This document shows positions 35,815 through 46,651 of a stretch of DNA of 64,000 bases, piece after piece (the first letter of the stretch is position 1; each line of letters starts with the position of its first letter). Below the pieces are notes generated by a model that worked only from the letters and a program-made list of their open reading frames with translations, did no database searches and had not been told where the DNA came from. The stretch lies in the NCBI GenBank assembly GCA_043803015.1, contig JAZDKK010000039.1:2708-66707 (forward strand), given 5' to 3'. This stretch comes from Verrucomicrobiota bacterium. Its GTDB lineage: Bacteria; Verrucomicrobiota; Kiritimatiellia; CAIQIC01; JAGNIJ01. Position numbers and translations under genes: made by a program.

Positions 35815-38355
35815 TTACCCTCCTTGTGCCTTCTGCTCCACCCCCGGGCGCCGGGCCCAGGCTTCCAGCCGCTTGAACTCCGCCTCCAGGGCCTTCCATG
35901 CAGTCAATGCCTCTTCTTGCTTTCCCGCCAAAGCAGCTTCCTCGACCCGCCCCGCCGCCCCCGCCATGAGATCCGCCGCTAGGTTCGCCGCTCCGCCCTT
36001 CATGGCGTGGGCTTCGGAGCGGACCGTCTTCAGGTCGCGGGCCTCAAGCGCAGCCCCCATTTTCGCCATCTGCCCGCGCACCGTTTTCAAGAAACCTTCC
36101 AGCAGAGCGCGAACCTGGGCCTCATCCCCGCCGAACTCCGCCACCGCGCGCTTCCAGTCGATGGCCTCCTTGGCGGCCCGCTTTCGAATCCAGTAGGCCA
36201 CGCTTGCCTGGAGCGTATCCCGCCGAAGCGGTTTCACCAGCACGTCGTTCATGCCGGCATCGAGACAACGCCGCCGCGCCTCCGCGGACGCATCGGCGGT
36301 CACCGCCACAATCGGCAGGCCGGATGCCGGCGCGGGACCGGCCCGGATCCGGCGCGTCAGCTCGTTGCCGCTGGTGTCCGGGAGCTGGACATCGGAGAGC
36401 ACCACGTCGTACCGCGTTTCTTTCAGCTTGGCCAGCGCCTCCGCGCCGGTGCCGGCCACATCCACCGTGTACCCGGCCGCCTGCAGGTGCGCCGAGGCCA
36501 CCTGCTGGCTCGTGACGTAATCCTCGACGAGCAGGACGCGCCCGCCCGGCGCCACCGCCCACCCGGCCGACGCCTCGTCCGCCAGTTTCTCTCCGGTCTT
36601 CAGCTTGAGCTTGAACCAGAACGTGCTGCCCTGCCCTTCCTTGCTCTCAAAGCCGATCTCGCCGCCCATCATCTCGACCAGCTCGCGCGCGATGGACGTG
36701 CCCAGGCCGGTGCCTCCGAATTTGCGCGCGGTGCTGGCGTCCGTCTGGACGTAGCGCTGGAAGACGCGCCCCTGCTTGTCCGCCGGGATCCCGATGCCCG
36801 TGTCGCGCACGAGAAAATGCAGATGCGCCTGGTCATGCTGCGTCGCCAGCACCTTCACGGCGAGCGTGACCGAGCCTTCCTTGGTGAACTTCAGCGCGTT
36901 GCCCAAGAGGTTGATCAGGATCTGGCGGATGCGGTAGGGATCGCCCACGACGCGGATGGGGAGGCCCTGCTCGAGGTCCAGCTTGAAGACCAGCCCCTTC
37001 TGCATCGCCCGATCGCCCATGATGGACCCGATCTCTTCGACGAAGGCGGGCAGCTCGAAGGGCACTTCTTCGAGCGTCAGCTTCCCGGCCTCGATCTTCG
37101 CCGTGTCGAGCAGTTCGTTGAGCAGCCCGACGACGTTCTCCGCCTCGCCGATGATCTTCCGCGCGTGGGCGCGGCTGGTATCGCGCAACGGCGAGGCCGC
37201 AATCAGTTCCGCCAGGCCGATGATTCCGTTAAGGGGCGTGCGCATGTCGTGGGATATGCTGGAGATGAACTCCGTCTTGGCGCGGTTGGCCTGCTCCGCC
37301 TGCTCCCGGGCCCTCGCCCACTCCTTCATCGTCTCCTCGAATTCCCGCGAGAGCGTCCCGATCTCGTCGCGGCGTGCCAGCGCGACCGGCTGGGTGAGCG
37401 CCGCGGATTTCCGGACAGCCAGCACGTTGCGCGTCAGCCTGGACACCGGCCTCAGGACGACGAAGCTCAACAGGCCGACGATCGAGACCAGCATGAGGAG
37501 CCCTACCGCCGCGATGGACACGGACCCAAACAGCGCAGCCGTGCGCCCCTTGGCCGACACTTCCCGGGGTAAGATCAGCCGGATCAGCAGGGCCGGGTTC
37601 CCTTCGAGATCCGGCACGGTGCAGTAGGCGCAGAGCCGGCGCGGACCGTGCGGCACGAGGCAATGCGAGCCCGGTTGGGGAATCTGCGTCAGGTCGCGCT
37701 CCGCGTCCTTGGGAACGAGGCTCCCCTGGATCGGCCACGCGGCCAGCATGGCACCCACCCGCTCGCCCAGCGTCCGGACCGCCTCGTTGTCGAGAAGCCG
37801 ACCCATGATGGCCACCCCGCGAGCGGGACCCCCTCCGTCTGTTTTCAGGATGGCGTTCGCGGCGACGAGCATCGGCCCGCGCTCCGTCGGCATGAGGCCG
37901 GTCACCGCATTCGCCGGACCGACGGCCCGCCGAAGCGGGCTGGACGCCGACAGCACCGCGGCGTCCAGCGGCGCAAACCGGATCTCCTGCCCGCTGTCGA
38001 GATCGTAGGCGCGACCCCAGATCACCTTGCCCGCCATGTCGCGGAACTGCATCAGGGCAAGCTTGCTGTCCCTGAACGTCGAGAGCTGCAGGTTGGCCTC
38101 TTCATACTCCGGGTTCCGGTCGGCCATGTACCGATACGTGTCGTCCCACTGCGCCCAATCCTTGACGACCATCGCCAGGTACTCGGACTCCCGCGCGAGC
38201 GCGGCCCGGCAGCGTTCCAAGTCCCGGAAAGCCAGTTCGTTCTCCAGCTCGGTGAAGCTCTTGTACAGGGAGCGGTAGAAGACGGCGTAGTTAAGGACGA
38301 CGGAGACAACGATCAGCAGGATCAACGCCAGGGTGACTTTGGCATTCAGGCGCAT
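35815..38355 (-). CDS. hybrid sensor histidine kinase (CHASE4-like sensor, HisKA, HATPase_c, receiver, HPt)
   Basis: 846 aa.
- N-terminal TM helix.
- CHASE4-like [12 protein letters not shown].
- H-box [13 protein letters not shown].
- G-boxes [19 protein letters not shown].
- Receiver VLLVEDY...[11 protein letters not shown].
- HPt [10 protein letters not shown]. Confidence 0.9.
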   Translation of the reverse strand: MRLNAKVTLALILLIVVSVVLNYAVFYRSLYKSFTELENELAFRDLERCRAALARESEYLAMVVKDWAQWDDTYRYMADRNPEYEEANLQLSTFRDSKLALMQFRDMAGKVIWGRAYDLDSGQEIRFAPLDAAVLSASSPLRRAVGPANAVTGLMPTERGPMLVAANAILKTDGGGPARGVAIMGRLLDNEAVRTLGERVGAMLAAWPIQGSLVPKDAERDLTQIPQPGSHCLVPHGPRRLCAYCTVPDLEGNPALLIRLILPREVSAKGRTAALFGSVSIAAVGLLMLVSIVGLLSFVVLRPVSRLTRNVLAVRKSAALTQPVALARRDEIGTLSREFEETMKEWARAREQAEQANRAKTEFISSISHDMRTPLNGIIGLAELIAASPLRDTSRAHARKIIGEAENVVGLLNELLDTAKIEAGKLTLEEVPFELPAFVEEIGSIMGDRAMQKGLVFKLDLEQGLPIRVVGDPYRIRQILINLLGNALKFTKEGSVTLAVKVLATQHDQAHLHFLVRDTGIGIPADKQGRVFQRYVQTDASTARKFGGTGLGTSIARELVEMMGGEIGFESKEGQGSTFWFKLKLKTGEKLADEASAGWAVAPGGRVLLVEDYVTSQQVASAHLQAAGYTVDVAGTGAEALAKLKETRYDVVLSDVQLPDTSGNELTRRIRAGPAPASGLPIVAVTADASAEARRRCLDAGMNDVLVKPLRRDTLQASVAYWIRKRAAKEAIDWKRAVAEFGGDEAQVRALLEGFLKTVRGQMAKMGAALEARDLKTVRSEAHAMKGGAANLAADLMAGAAGRVEEAALAGKQEEALTAWKALEAEFKRLEAWARRPGVEQKAQGG

Positions 38356-38636
38356 GAACGCTCAGGCCCTCCGCCGACCCTAGGTGTGTGAGACCCTCGA
38401 CTCCTCATGCTGACCCCCAAGCTGGAAAATACCCATCCTTGCGGACCGGATACAGCCAATTCTTTGAATTCCGAGGCCCAGCACGCCGTTTCCGTTTTCC
38501 CTCCTCCTGCTTCCCTGCGAAGGAGAGCTGGGTCGCGCCGGGTCAGCGCCGACTTTTCTTGTCCCGGAGCGCCCCGCCTATTAACATTTCCCGGCGAGAG
38601 CCGTACATAACCTGAGTCCCAACCCAAGGAGGGCCT

Positions 38637-39398
38637 ATGTCGGTCGATCTTGAGAAGCTGCTCCGCCCCGTCGATACTCCGGTCCCTCCTTTCCCGCCGA
38701 AGTTCATGAAAGTCGCCAGCGGCGAGGACATGGTCGTCCGGCAGGTCACCCGCGAGGAGATCCCCCAGATTCTGCCCTACATCGAGCCCCTGCTCCACGT
38801 CGAGCGCGACTTCTACGACATCGTCTCGGCCCGCGTGTACGCGGAACTGCTCGCTTACTACACCCACCGCGTCCAGGACGAGTACGTCCTCGTCGCGCAG
38901 ATCAACGGCGAGCTGTGCGCCGTGGTAAACGGCCGCTTCCTGAACAAGGACGTGGGCGTGTCGTACCATACGCTCGCCCTCCGGCGCGGCCTGCGAGTCG
39001 GCGCGCACGCGTTCGCGGCGAAGATGGAGTACCACCTCGACACCGTCGGCCAGAAAGAGGTGCTCATCGTGGCGGAATCGCCGATCGGATTCCGGCGCTG
39101 GATGATCGAGTACCAGCTCGAGAAACGGTTCGACATCCCGCACGAGCTCGGCGGCGTGCCGTCGTACGCGCTGACCAAGGCGCTCTTCGACAAGGCGCGC
39201 GAGACGCTGGTCGTCGGCCGCCGGCCTGTCCCGGAAGCCCTGCTCAAGAAGGCGCAGGAGGCCATCCTTCCGCCGTCGAACCCGCCGAAGCCGCCGCCGG
39301 ACCTGCTGGCGGCGACGCGCGCGAAAGACGACCCGACCGGCACCGCGCTGAACCTCTCGCGCTGGAAACTGGCGCAGGCTGCTGAAGGGAAGGCGTAG
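38637..39398 (+). CDS. hypothetical protein (possibly a GNAT-like acyltransferase fold; not established)
   Basis: 253 aa, starting at ATG 38637 behind an AAGGAGGG Shine-Dalgarno. It is the first gene of the long plus-strand operon. I recognise no diagnostic motif. Confidence 0.55.
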   Translation: MSVDLEKLLRPVDTPVPPFPPKFMKVASGEDMVVRQVTREEIPQILPYIEPLLHVERDFYDIVSARVYAELLAYYTHRVQDEYVLVAQINGELCAVVNGRFLNKDVGVSYHTLALRRGLRVGAHAFAAKMEYHLDTVGQKEVLIVAESPIGFRRWMIEYQLEKRFDIPHELGGVPSYALTKALFDKARETLVVGRRPVPEALLKKAQEAILPPSNPPKPPPDLLAATRAKDDPTGTALNLSRWKLAQAAEGKA

Positions 39399-39400
39399 TC

Positions 39401-40582
39401 ATGCGCGACGTCTACGTCATCGGCATCGGCATCACCAGCTTCTCGCGGCTCGAGTACCCCCTCTCCGAGATCGCCGCCTACCCCGCGATGATGGCGATGA
39501 AGGACTGCGGGATCCGGAAGATCGACCACCTGTACGTCGCCAACATGGGCGGCGGGCGGCTGAACCACCAGACCGGGCTTGCCAGCGCGGTCGTCGACAC
39601 GCTGAGCCTGACCCCGGCGGGCGCGGAGACGATCGAGAACGGACCGGCCTCGGGCGCGTCGGCGATCAAGACGGGCTTCATAGCCGTCGCGTCCGGCATG
39701 TACGACGTGGTCATGGTGACCGGCGCAGAGCGCATGCGCGAGGTGAACAACCTCGAGGCCACCGACTTCGTGGCAACCCTGACCCACCCGATCGCAGAGT
39801 ACATCTACGGCGTCACCCTCCCCTCGCTGGCCGCGATGTTCACGCGGCTCTATATGGACAAGTACGGGGTCACCGAGCGGCACCTCGCGATGGTCGCGGT
39901 GAAGAACCACGACAACGCGATGCTGAACCCGTTCGCCCACCTGCACGAGAAGATCACGATCGAAGCCATCCTCGACTCGCCCGAGGCCATGACCAACAAC
40001 CCGTACGTCTCCGAGCCGCTCCGGTTCTTCGACATGTGCCCCGTTTCGGACGGCGGCGCATGCGTGATTCTCGCGAGCAAGGAGGTCGCGCAGAAGGTTA
40101 CCCGGCCGAAGGTCCGGCTGGCCGGCGTCGGACAGGCGACCGATACGCACTGTGTTTCGGAGCGCGAGAACCCGACCGACCTGCTGGCCGTGCGGCGCGC
40201 GGCCGAGCTTTCGATGAAGATGGCCGGCGTGAAGCCGTCGGACGTCAGCGTCGCCGAGCTCCACGACGCGTTCACGATCCTCGAGATCGTCGAGAGCGAG
40301 GAGGTCGGCTTCTTCAAGAAGGGAGAAGGACACAAGGCGCTCGAGCGGGGCGATACGCGCATCGGCGGGAAGATCCCGATCAACACCTCCGGCGGGCTCA
40401 AGGGCAAGGGCCACCCGGTCGGCGCCACCGGCATCGGCCAGGCGCACGAGATCGTCACCCAGCTTCGCGGCGAAGCCAAGAAGCGCCAGGTGAAGGACGC
40501 GAAGGTCGGGTTTACCTGCAACTTCGGAGGCTTCGGCAACAACGTCGTTTGCCTGACCTTCATCCGGGAGGACGGACCATGA
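39401..40582 (+). CDS. thiolase-like protein (SCP-x/archaeal-type thiolase domain)
   Basis: 393 aa. It shows the thiolase fold pattern (ASGASAIK active-site-Cys-region analogue, NTSGGLKGKGHPVGATGI, CNFGGFGNN). It is paired with a DUF35 gene. Confidence 0.8.
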   Translation: MRDVYVIGIGITSFSRLEYPLSEIAAYPAMMAMKDCGIRKIDHLYVANMGGGRLNHQTGLASAVVDTLSLTPAGAETIENGPASGASAIKTGFIAVASGMYDVVMVTGAERMREVNNLEATDFVATLTHPIAEYIYGVTLPSLAAMFTRLYMDKYGVTERHLAMVAVKNHDNAMLNPFAHLHEKITIEAILDSPEAMTNNPYVSEPLRFFDMCPVSDGGACVILASKEVAQKVTRPKVRLAGVGQATDTHCVSERENPTDLLAVRRAAELSMKMAGVKPSDVSVAELHDAFTILEIVESEEVGFFKKGEGHKALERGDTRIGGKIPINTSGGLKGKGHPVGATGIGQAHEIVTQLRGEAKKRQVKDAKVGFTCNFGGFGNNVVCLTFIREDGP

Positions 40583-40926
40583 CGCTCCAGATTGTCGCCT
40601 ACCAGTGCCGGAAGTGCGGCCAGCTCCACTATCCGTACCGGATGGTGTGCCGGAAATGCGGCCAGAACGAGCACAACGAGTTCGACCCGGTGCCCCTGCC
40701 GAAGAAGGGCAAGCTGGTCACGTTCACCTTCCTTCATAACCCGCCGGCGGACTACATGGTCGTGAAGCTGCCGCTGGGCATCGTGGAGCTGGAGAACGGC
40801 ATTCGGATCACCGGCCAGCTCAAGATACCCAAGCCCAAGGCGGGGATGGCTGTCCGCGGCGAAGTCGAGGTCGTCAGGCAGACCGAGTACAACAAGAACC
40901 TCGGCATGGTCTTCTACCCGGCCTGA
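40579..40926 (+). CDS. Zn-ribbon / OB-fold protein (DUF35 family), partner of the thiolase
   Basis: ATG 40579 overlaps the thiolase stop (ATGA). The motif CRKCGQLHYPYRMVCRKCGQ (rubredoxin-like zinc ribbon) is followed by an OB-fold-like region. Confidence 0.8.
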   Translation: MTLQIVAYQCRKCGQLHYPYRMVCRKCGQNEHNEFDPVPLPKKGKLVTFTFLHNPPADYMVVKLPLGIVELENGIRITGQLKIPKPKAGMAVRGEVEVVRQTEYNKNLGMVFYPA

Positions 40927-40982
40927 CGCGGCATCCAGCAGCGCCGGTGGCCGGCGTCCCCGGCCCGGCAAGGAGAAACAGA

Positions 40983-41606
40983 ATGAGCCGAACGAACCCC
41001 ACAAGGTGGCTCACGCTTTTCGACGGCTCCAGTCTGGGCAAGTGGGCCATCAGCGCTGACGGCATGGAGATCGACGGGGACACCCTCGTGTTCTCCGGCA
41101 AGGCGGCCAAAGCCGAGGTCGGCGGCATGTCCTGGGACAACTACGTGCTTGGCGCTGACGTCATGATCACGCCAAGGACAGCGAAGCCGCGGTTCTGCGT
41201 TCAGCTCACCGCCAGTGGAACCTGCATCTACTGCCAACTCATGCCATGGCACATCCGGATCGCCTACTATTGTGCAAGACCCAAGAAACATCCTGCGGGC
41301 TTCACTCACCTCATAACACCCGTACCTGTCACCCCCAGGGCGCGAAAATGGTTGGCCTTTCAGATGAGGGCGGAAAACGGCCGGCTCACGGCGCTTCTTG
41401 ACGGCAAGAAGGTCGCGGCCGCCAACATCCCGGATGGGACCGCAGGCATGCCGGGTTTTCTGATCAACCAGCAGAAGGACTGCGTCGTGCGGCTGAGGAA
41501 CATCAGGATCAAGTTCCTCCGCCCCACTCGGAAGCAGATGCTGGAGCTCGCGCGGGACGCGCAGATCAACTGGCTCAGGTACGAGGAGAGCCAGCGGCGC
41601 AGGTGA
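40983..41606 (+). CDS. DUF1080 (3-keto-disaccharide hydrolase-like / LamG-like jelly-roll) protein without a signal peptide
   Basis: ATG 40983, 7 nt after AAGGAG. The N-terminus WLTLFDGSSLGKW and the C-terminal block GFLINQQKDCVVRLRNIRIK resemble DUF1080. Confidence 0.55.
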   Translation: MSRTNPTRWLTLFDGSSLGKWAISADGMEIDGDTLVFSGKAAKAEVGGMSWDNYVLGADVMITPRTAKPRFCVQLTASGTCIYCQLMPWHIRIAYYCARPKKHPAGFTHLITPVPVTPRARKWLAFQMRAENGRLTALLDGKKVAAANIPDGTAGMPGFLINQQKDCVVRLRNIRIKFLRPTRKQMLELARDAQINWLRYEESQRRR

Positions 41607-41718
41607 CACGGGACGGAGCAGGTCTTACGGAACCTGCGCTCTCGTATCGCTCCTCGCGCTGCGACACGCGGGGCCACGCACGGGCGATGAACGGGCGAGC
41701 ACAGACACCGGAGAGTCG

Positions 41719-42873
41719 ATGAGGATCCTCAGCGTGGGGGATGAAGTTCGAGAGGGAACCTACGCGCTGCACTCCCGCTTCAGCCGCGCCGTGAGCTTCA
41801 CCGACGGCAAGCGCCTTGTGTCCCTCGTCACGCCGGAGATCGGCCCGGGCCCCTTGAACATCGTCATCCAAGACCCGGCGACACTCCTGCGCCACCTGGC
41901 AGACCACCCCATCCCCCGCCGTGCCGACACGTGCCGCGCGGACAACCGCCGCGCCGACGTGTGCCGCGTTGACAGGCGCCACCTGGACAAGCGCCACACG
42001 AGTAAGCGCCACCTGGACAAGTGCCTCCCGGACAAGCGCTGCGGCGGATCGTCCCGGCGTCTTGAGGAGTCGGCGCAGAGCGCTCTGTCCAGCCGGCAGC
42101 TTGAGCCGCGTTTGTCCAGCACCGGCCTATCGGTCCACGGCGCAGGTGCTGCAAGGGCAACCCGCACCCTTTCTGCCGGGATGACCCGCGCCGGCTGCAA
42201 CACCGCCCTCAGCCCCATCCTCCGCATCGGACGCTATTCAGTTTCCCTCGCCAACAGGCGATGGGTGTTCAGTCGAGTACACTCATATCAGTCCCTCCTT
42301 CCTATTAAGGAAGGTTCGAGCGCGGAAGTTTTCCGACAGAATCTGCAGGTGCTGACGCAATTGCTGGTTCGAGAAGCCAACCCCAGAAGCCTCGCCTTTC
42401 TCCTCGATGCGAAGCGCGCCAGGAGTTTCACCACCGGCTTCGAGACCGCCTTCGTCCGGCGGATCAAGGCCGGCGTCCGGCTCTTGCGGCGCGGACATCG
42501 CGCCGAGGGCGCGACGCTTCTGCGCGGGTGCGGATTCGGACTTACGCCAAGCGGCGACGATCTCCTGGCCGGATGGCTGATCGGCCTGAATCTGCTTCAG
42601 CAGGCCGGCGGCCGGGACTTCAGTTCCGCGATACGAGCGATCTACCGGGCGGCCAAGGGCCGCAGCCTCGTCTGCAACGCGTTTCTCCGGCTCGCCCGCG
42701 ACGGCCGTGTGAACGGCAACATGCGGAACCTGATCTCCGCGCTCCTGCGGAACGGCGCAGACTCCGTGCGTACGGCCGCACGGAGGGTCCTGGATCAAGG
42801 CGAAACGTCCGGGGCTGATCTTGCGACTGGATTCGTCATGGCAACACGTTCAAACTGTGCCCGAACATCATGA
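41719..42873 (+). CDS. DUF2877 (YlbF-like) protein carrying an internal low-complexity insertion
   Basis: 384 aa. The conserved-looking motif is GCGFGLTPSGDDLLAGWLIG. Residues about 58-165 are R/D/K/C-rich and repeat-derived. Confidence 0.65.
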   Translation: MRILSVGDEVREGTYALHSRFSRAVSFTDGKRLVSLVTPEIGPGPLNIVIQDPATLLRHLADHPIPRRADTCRADNRRADVCRVDRRHLDKRHTSKRHLDKCLPDKRCGGSSRRLEESAQSALSSRQLEPRLSSTGLSVHGAGAARATRTLSAGMTRAGCNTALSPILRIGRYSVSLANRRWVFSRVHSYQSLLPIKEGSSAEVFRQNLQVLTQLLVREANPRSLAFLLDAKRARSFTTGFETAFVRRIKAGVRLLRRGHRAEGATLLRGCGFGLTPSGDDLLAGWLIGLNLLQQAGGRDFSSAIRAIYRAAKGRSLVCNAFLRLARDGRVNGNMRNLISALLRNGADSVRTAARRVLDQGETSGADLATGFVMATRSNCARTS

Positions 42874-44405
42874 CGGTCAGCGGCCAGATCAGACGGGGCG
42901 CCTACTTCGACTCCGTGACGCTCATGCGGGTCGGAAAGGAACTCTCCGGGATGCCCGGCGTGGGAGATGCCGCAGTCGTGATGGGTACGAGGAGCAACAA
43001 GGCCATCCTCGCCGCCGCCGGCCTGCTGGTCACGGAGTTCCAGAACGCCCGCGATACGGATCTTCTGATTGCGGTCGAAGCGTCCAGCGACAAAGCGGCT
43101 TCCGAAGCCATCGCGAAAACCGACGCCCTCCTCAAAGGCGCAACCAGGAAAACCGCCGCCAGCGACCAGGCCCGCGCGGGCAGCATGGATGAAGCCGTGA
43201 ACCTCCTGCCTGGCGCAAACATGGCCGTGATCTCCGTCGCCGGGCGCTACGCGGGCGACGAGGCGATGAAGGCGCTCGCGCGCGGCCTGCATGTCATGCT
43301 GTTCTCCGACAACGTGCCGCTCGAGAAGGAAATCGAGCTGAAGAAGTACGGGGCGAAGAAAGGCCTGCTCGTGATGGGTCCCGGTGCCGGCACCGCGATC
43401 ATAAACGGCGTGCCTCTCGCCTTCGCGAACGTCGTCAACCGCGGGAGGATCGGCGTGGTGGCCGCCGCCGGCACCGGACTCCAGGAGGTCACCTCGATCA
43501 TCACGGGCGAGGGCGACGGCATCTCGCAGGCGATCGGCACAGGCGGCCGCGACGTGAAGAAAACCGTCGGGGGCATCATGTTCCTCGCGGCCATCAAAGC
43601 CCTGGCGGCAGATCCGTCCACCAAGGTCATTCTCCTGGTCTCGAAGCCGCCGGATGCCGCGGTCCTGAGGAAGATCAGCGCCGCCGTTCGCGCGATCAAG
43701 AAGCCGGTTGTGCAGCTCTTCCTCGGCGCGAAGCCCCGGCCCGGCGAGCCGCGTACTCTCGAGGAGGCCGCCCACGTTGCCGTGGCCCTGGCACGAGGGG
43801 AGAAACCGGATGCGGCGCTTCAACGGCTGGCCGTCCGCGACGCGGACATTGTCAAGCTGGCCCGCCGCGAGGCCGCGAAGCGGAAGAAAGGTCAGAGGTA
43901 CGTCCGCGGGCTGTTCAGCGGAGGCACGTTCTGCGCCGAGGCCCAGGTCATCCTCGGCGGCCTGTTGAAGGACGTCTACTCCAACGCTCCCACGGGCCGC
44001 GCGAAGCCGCTCAAGAACCCGCTGAAGAGCCAGAAGCACACGGTGATCGACCTCGGTGAGGAGGAATTCACGCAGGGCCGGCCGCACCCGATGATCGACT
44101 ACTCCCTGCGGAAGCAGCGCCTCGGGCAGGAAGCGAACGATCGCGAGACCGCCGTGATCCTGCTGGACGTCGTTCTGGGCTTCGGCTCGAACATGAACCC
44201 GGCGGCCGAACTAAGAGACGTCATCCGATCAGCGTCGCGAAGGGTCCGCGTGGTCTGTTCGGTGACCGGCACCACCCAGGATCCCCAGAACGCCGACAGG
44301 GTCAGAGAGCTTCTCGAGAAGGCCGGGGCGATCGTCATGCCGTCGAACGCCGCCGCGTGCAAGCTGGCAGCGGGAATCGCGAGGAACCTGGGCCATGTCC
44401 ATTAA
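42870..44405 (+). CDS. FdrA-family protein (succinyl-CoA-synthetase-alpha-like)
   Basis: 511 aa. ATG 42870 overlaps the DUF2877 stop. It is co-linear with E. coli FdrA as I remember it: YFDSVTLMRV, VMGT..NKA, ISVAGRYAGDEA, MLFSDNVPLEKEIELK, GLLVMGPGAGTAIINGVPLAFANV, GTGLQEV, GRPHPMID. Confidence 0.85.
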   Translation: MTVSGQIRRGAYFDSVTLMRVGKELSGMPGVGDAAVVMGTRSNKAILAAAGLLVTEFQNARDTDLLIAVEASSDKAASEAIAKTDALLKGATRKTAASDQARAGSMDEAVNLLPGANMAVISVAGRYAGDEAMKALARGLHVMLFSDNVPLEKEIELKKYGAKKGLLVMGPGAGTAIINGVPLAFANVVNRGRIGVVAAAGTGLQEVTSIITGEGDGISQAIGTGGRDVKKTVGGIMFLAAIKALAADPSTKVILLVSKPPDAAVLRKISAAVRAIKKPVVQLFLGAKPRPGEPRTLEEAAHVAVALARGEKPDAALQRLAVRDADIVKLARREAAKRKKGQRYVRGLFSGGTFCAEAQVILGGLLKDVYSNAPTGRAKPLKNPLKSQKHTVIDLGEEEFTQGRPHPMIDYSLRKQRLGQEANDRETAVILLDVVLGFGSNMNPAAELRDVIRSASRRVRVVCSVTGTTQDPQNADRVRELLEKAGAIVMPSNAAACKLAAGIARNLGHVH

Positions 44406-45801
44406 CGCTCTGTTCAAGTCCGAGCTGAAGGTGGTCAACATCGGCCTTGCGTCGTTCAAGGACGCCGTGGATCGCGCAGGAGCGACGGCCATCCAAGTGG
44501 ACTGGAGGCCGCCGGCGGATGTGGACGAGAAGTTGAGGAGAATCGTCCAAGCACGGCGCGCGGAGATCGACAAGGCGAACGCCAAGGCGGTGCAGATCAT
44601 CCTCGCCGGCATGCCGCAGTGGGTCGGTTTGGACCGCGCCATCAACGTCATCCCCGGCATGAAGCCGAACCTGATCCTGCACGCCGGACCACCCGTCACC
44701 TGGGACCGGATGTGCGGCCCTATGCGGGGCGCGATCATGGGAGCCCTGCTGTACGAAGGCAGGGCCGACAGGCCCGAGGAGGCCGAGCGCCTGGCCGCCT
44801 CCGGCAAGATCGAGTACTCGCCCTGTCACGAGCACAACGCCGTGGGCCCCATGGCGGGCATCATCTCGCCGTCCATGCCGGTATTCGTCCTCAAGAACGA
44901 CGCGTACGGGAACTTCGCCTACGCCACGATGAACGAGGGCCTCGGCAAGGTCCTGCGCTACGGCGCCTACGGAGAGCCGGTGATCGAGCGGTTGAAATGG
45001 ATGGAGCGCGTCCTCTACCCCACCCTCAAGAAAGCCCTCGCGAAGGTCGGGCGGATTGACCTCAAGAACATGATCGCCCAGGCGCTGCACATGGGCGACG
45101 AGGTCCACAACCGCAACCGTGCCGGTACGTCGCTTCTCTACCGCGCCCTGGCCCCGGCCGTCGTCACCACATGCGACGACCCCAAGGCCGGCGCGGAGGT
45201 GCTCGATTTCATCAATCACAACGATCACTTCTTCCTGAACCTCTCGATGCCCGCCTCCAAGGTCACGCTCGACGCGGCGCGGGGCATCCGGAACAGCAGT
45301 GTCGTGGTGGTCATGGCGAGAAACGGGACCGACTTCGGCGTCCAGCTCTCCGGCACGGGCGACGAATGGTACACCGGGCCGGCGGACGTCCCCGACGCGC
45401 TCTACTTCCCCGGCTACACCAAGGCGGACGCCAATCCGGATATCGGCGACAGCGCCATCACGGAAACGAACGGGCTCGGCGGCTTCGCCATCGCCGCCGC
45501 TCCGGCCATCGTTCAATTCGTCGGCGGCACGGCGGCCGACGCGCTGCAGTACACGCGGCAGATGTACGAAATCACCGTGGCCGAGAACAACGTGTACCAG
45601 ATCCCGTATCTCAATTTCCGGGGCACCCCCACGGGCATTGACGTGATCAAGATCATCGAGAAGAACATCCTGCCGTTCATTGACACCGGCGTGGCGCACA
45701 AGAACCCGGGCGTCGGCCAGATCGGCGCGGGCGTTTTGAGCGCGCCGCTGGAGCCGTTCAGGAAAGCCTATGAGGGTCTCGCAAAGAGGCTGAGAAAATA
45801 A
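44395..45801 (+). CDS. DUF1116 (YlbE-like) protein
   Basis: 468 aa. It overlaps the fdrA-like gene by 11 nt. Size and gene order match the YlbE partner of FdrA. The family call is from context plus general resemblance. Confidence 0.7.
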   Translation: MSINALFKSELKVVNIGLASFKDAVDRAGATAIQVDWRPPADVDEKLRRIVQARRAEIDKANAKAVQIILAGMPQWVGLDRAINVIPGMKPNLILHAGPPVTWDRMCGPMRGAIMGALLYEGRADRPEEAERLAASGKIEYSPCHEHNAVGPMAGIISPSMPVFVLKNDAYGNFAYATMNEGLGKVLRYGAYGEPVIERLKWMERVLYPTLKKALAKVGRIDLKNMIAQALHMGDEVHNRNRAGTSLLYRALAPAVVTTCDDPKAGAEVLDFINHNDHFFLNLSMPASKVTLDAARGIRNSSVVVVMARNGTDFGVQLSGTGDEWYTGPADVPDALYFPGYTKADANPDIGDSAITETNGLGGFAIAAAPAIVQFVGGTAADALQYTRQMYEITVAENNVYQIPYLNFRGTPTGIDVIKIIEKNILPFIDTGVAHKNPGVGQIGAGVLSAPLEPFRKAYEGLAKRLRK

Positions 45802-45826
45802 CCGCGACACACGAAAAGGGGCGACC

Positions 45827-46645
45827 ATGAAGACGAACCAATTCATCGACCTGATGAGCAAGGCACGCGTGTATGACCTGACCCAGCGGCTCAGCATCCA
45901 CACGCCGCCATGGCCGAGCTACATGCCGCTGGGCATCCAGTACTTCAAGCGGATCGCCGGCGCGCACATGGGCCAGGGCGCCAACGGCCAGATCATCACC
46001 ATGAGCAACCACGTCGGCACACACATGGACGGCGAGATACACTTCCATGCCAGCGGCCGCAGCATCGGCGAGGTCCCCATCAAGGAATGGATCGGGCCCG
46101 GCGTGGTCGTGGATATCTCCAAGGATTGCGACGACTACGACCTCTACTTCCCCGAAACCCTCACGAAGCGGGCGGAGATCCACAAGGGCGATATCCTCAT
46201 CATCAACACCGGCTACCACCGCTACGCATGGGACCAGCCCGCATCCGACGAACTGCGGTACTTCGTCAGGCATCCCGGCCCGGGACCCGGCTTCGACCAG
46301 TGGTGCCTGGACATGAAGATCAAGTGGATCGGCGTGGACTGCGGCAGCGCCGACCACCCCATGAATACGATCATCCGCCAGTGGCATCCCGCGCGCTTTA
46401 CCGAAGCCGAGAAAAAGCTGAAGGCCAACTACGGGAAAGGGTGGGACGAAATGTTCCCGCCGGAGAAGTACTACCAGGTCATGCACCTCAAACTGTTTCC
46501 GAAGCGGCTCGTGCATGCCGAGAACCTTGCCGGGGAGATCGACAAGGTCAGCAACCAGCGGGCGTGGATCGGGTGTTTCCCGATCAGGGGCATTGAGCTC
46601 GAGTCGGCGCAGTGCCGCATCGTGGCGATGCTGCCGCCGAAATAG
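45827..46645 (+). CDS. cyclase-family protein (kynurenine-formamidase-like metal-dependent amidohydrolase fold)
   Basis: 272 aa with the family motif NHVGTHMDGEIHF (HxGTHxDxxxH). Confidence 0.75.
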   Translation: MKTNQFIDLMSKARVYDLTQRLSIHTPPWPSYMPLGIQYFKRIAGAHMGQGANGQIITMSNHVGTHMDGEIHFHASGRSIGEVPIKEWIGPGVVVDISKDCDDYDLYFPETLTKRAEIHKGDILIINTGYHRYAWDQPASDELRYFVRHPGPGPGFDQWCLDMKIKWIGVDCGSADHPMNTIIRQWHPARFTEAEKKLKANYGKGWDEMFPPEKYYQVMHLKLFPKRLVHAENLAGEIDKVSNQRAWIGCFPIRGIELESAQCRIVAMLPPK

Positions 46646-46651
46646 GGAAAT

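Noticed and set aside
41976-42021. A 16-nt sequence is repeated at 30-nt spacing. I considered it as a mini CRISPR-like array.
   Set aside because: There are only two or three copies. They lie inside an open reading frame, no cas genes are present, and the spacers are related to each other. It is a coding tandem repeat.
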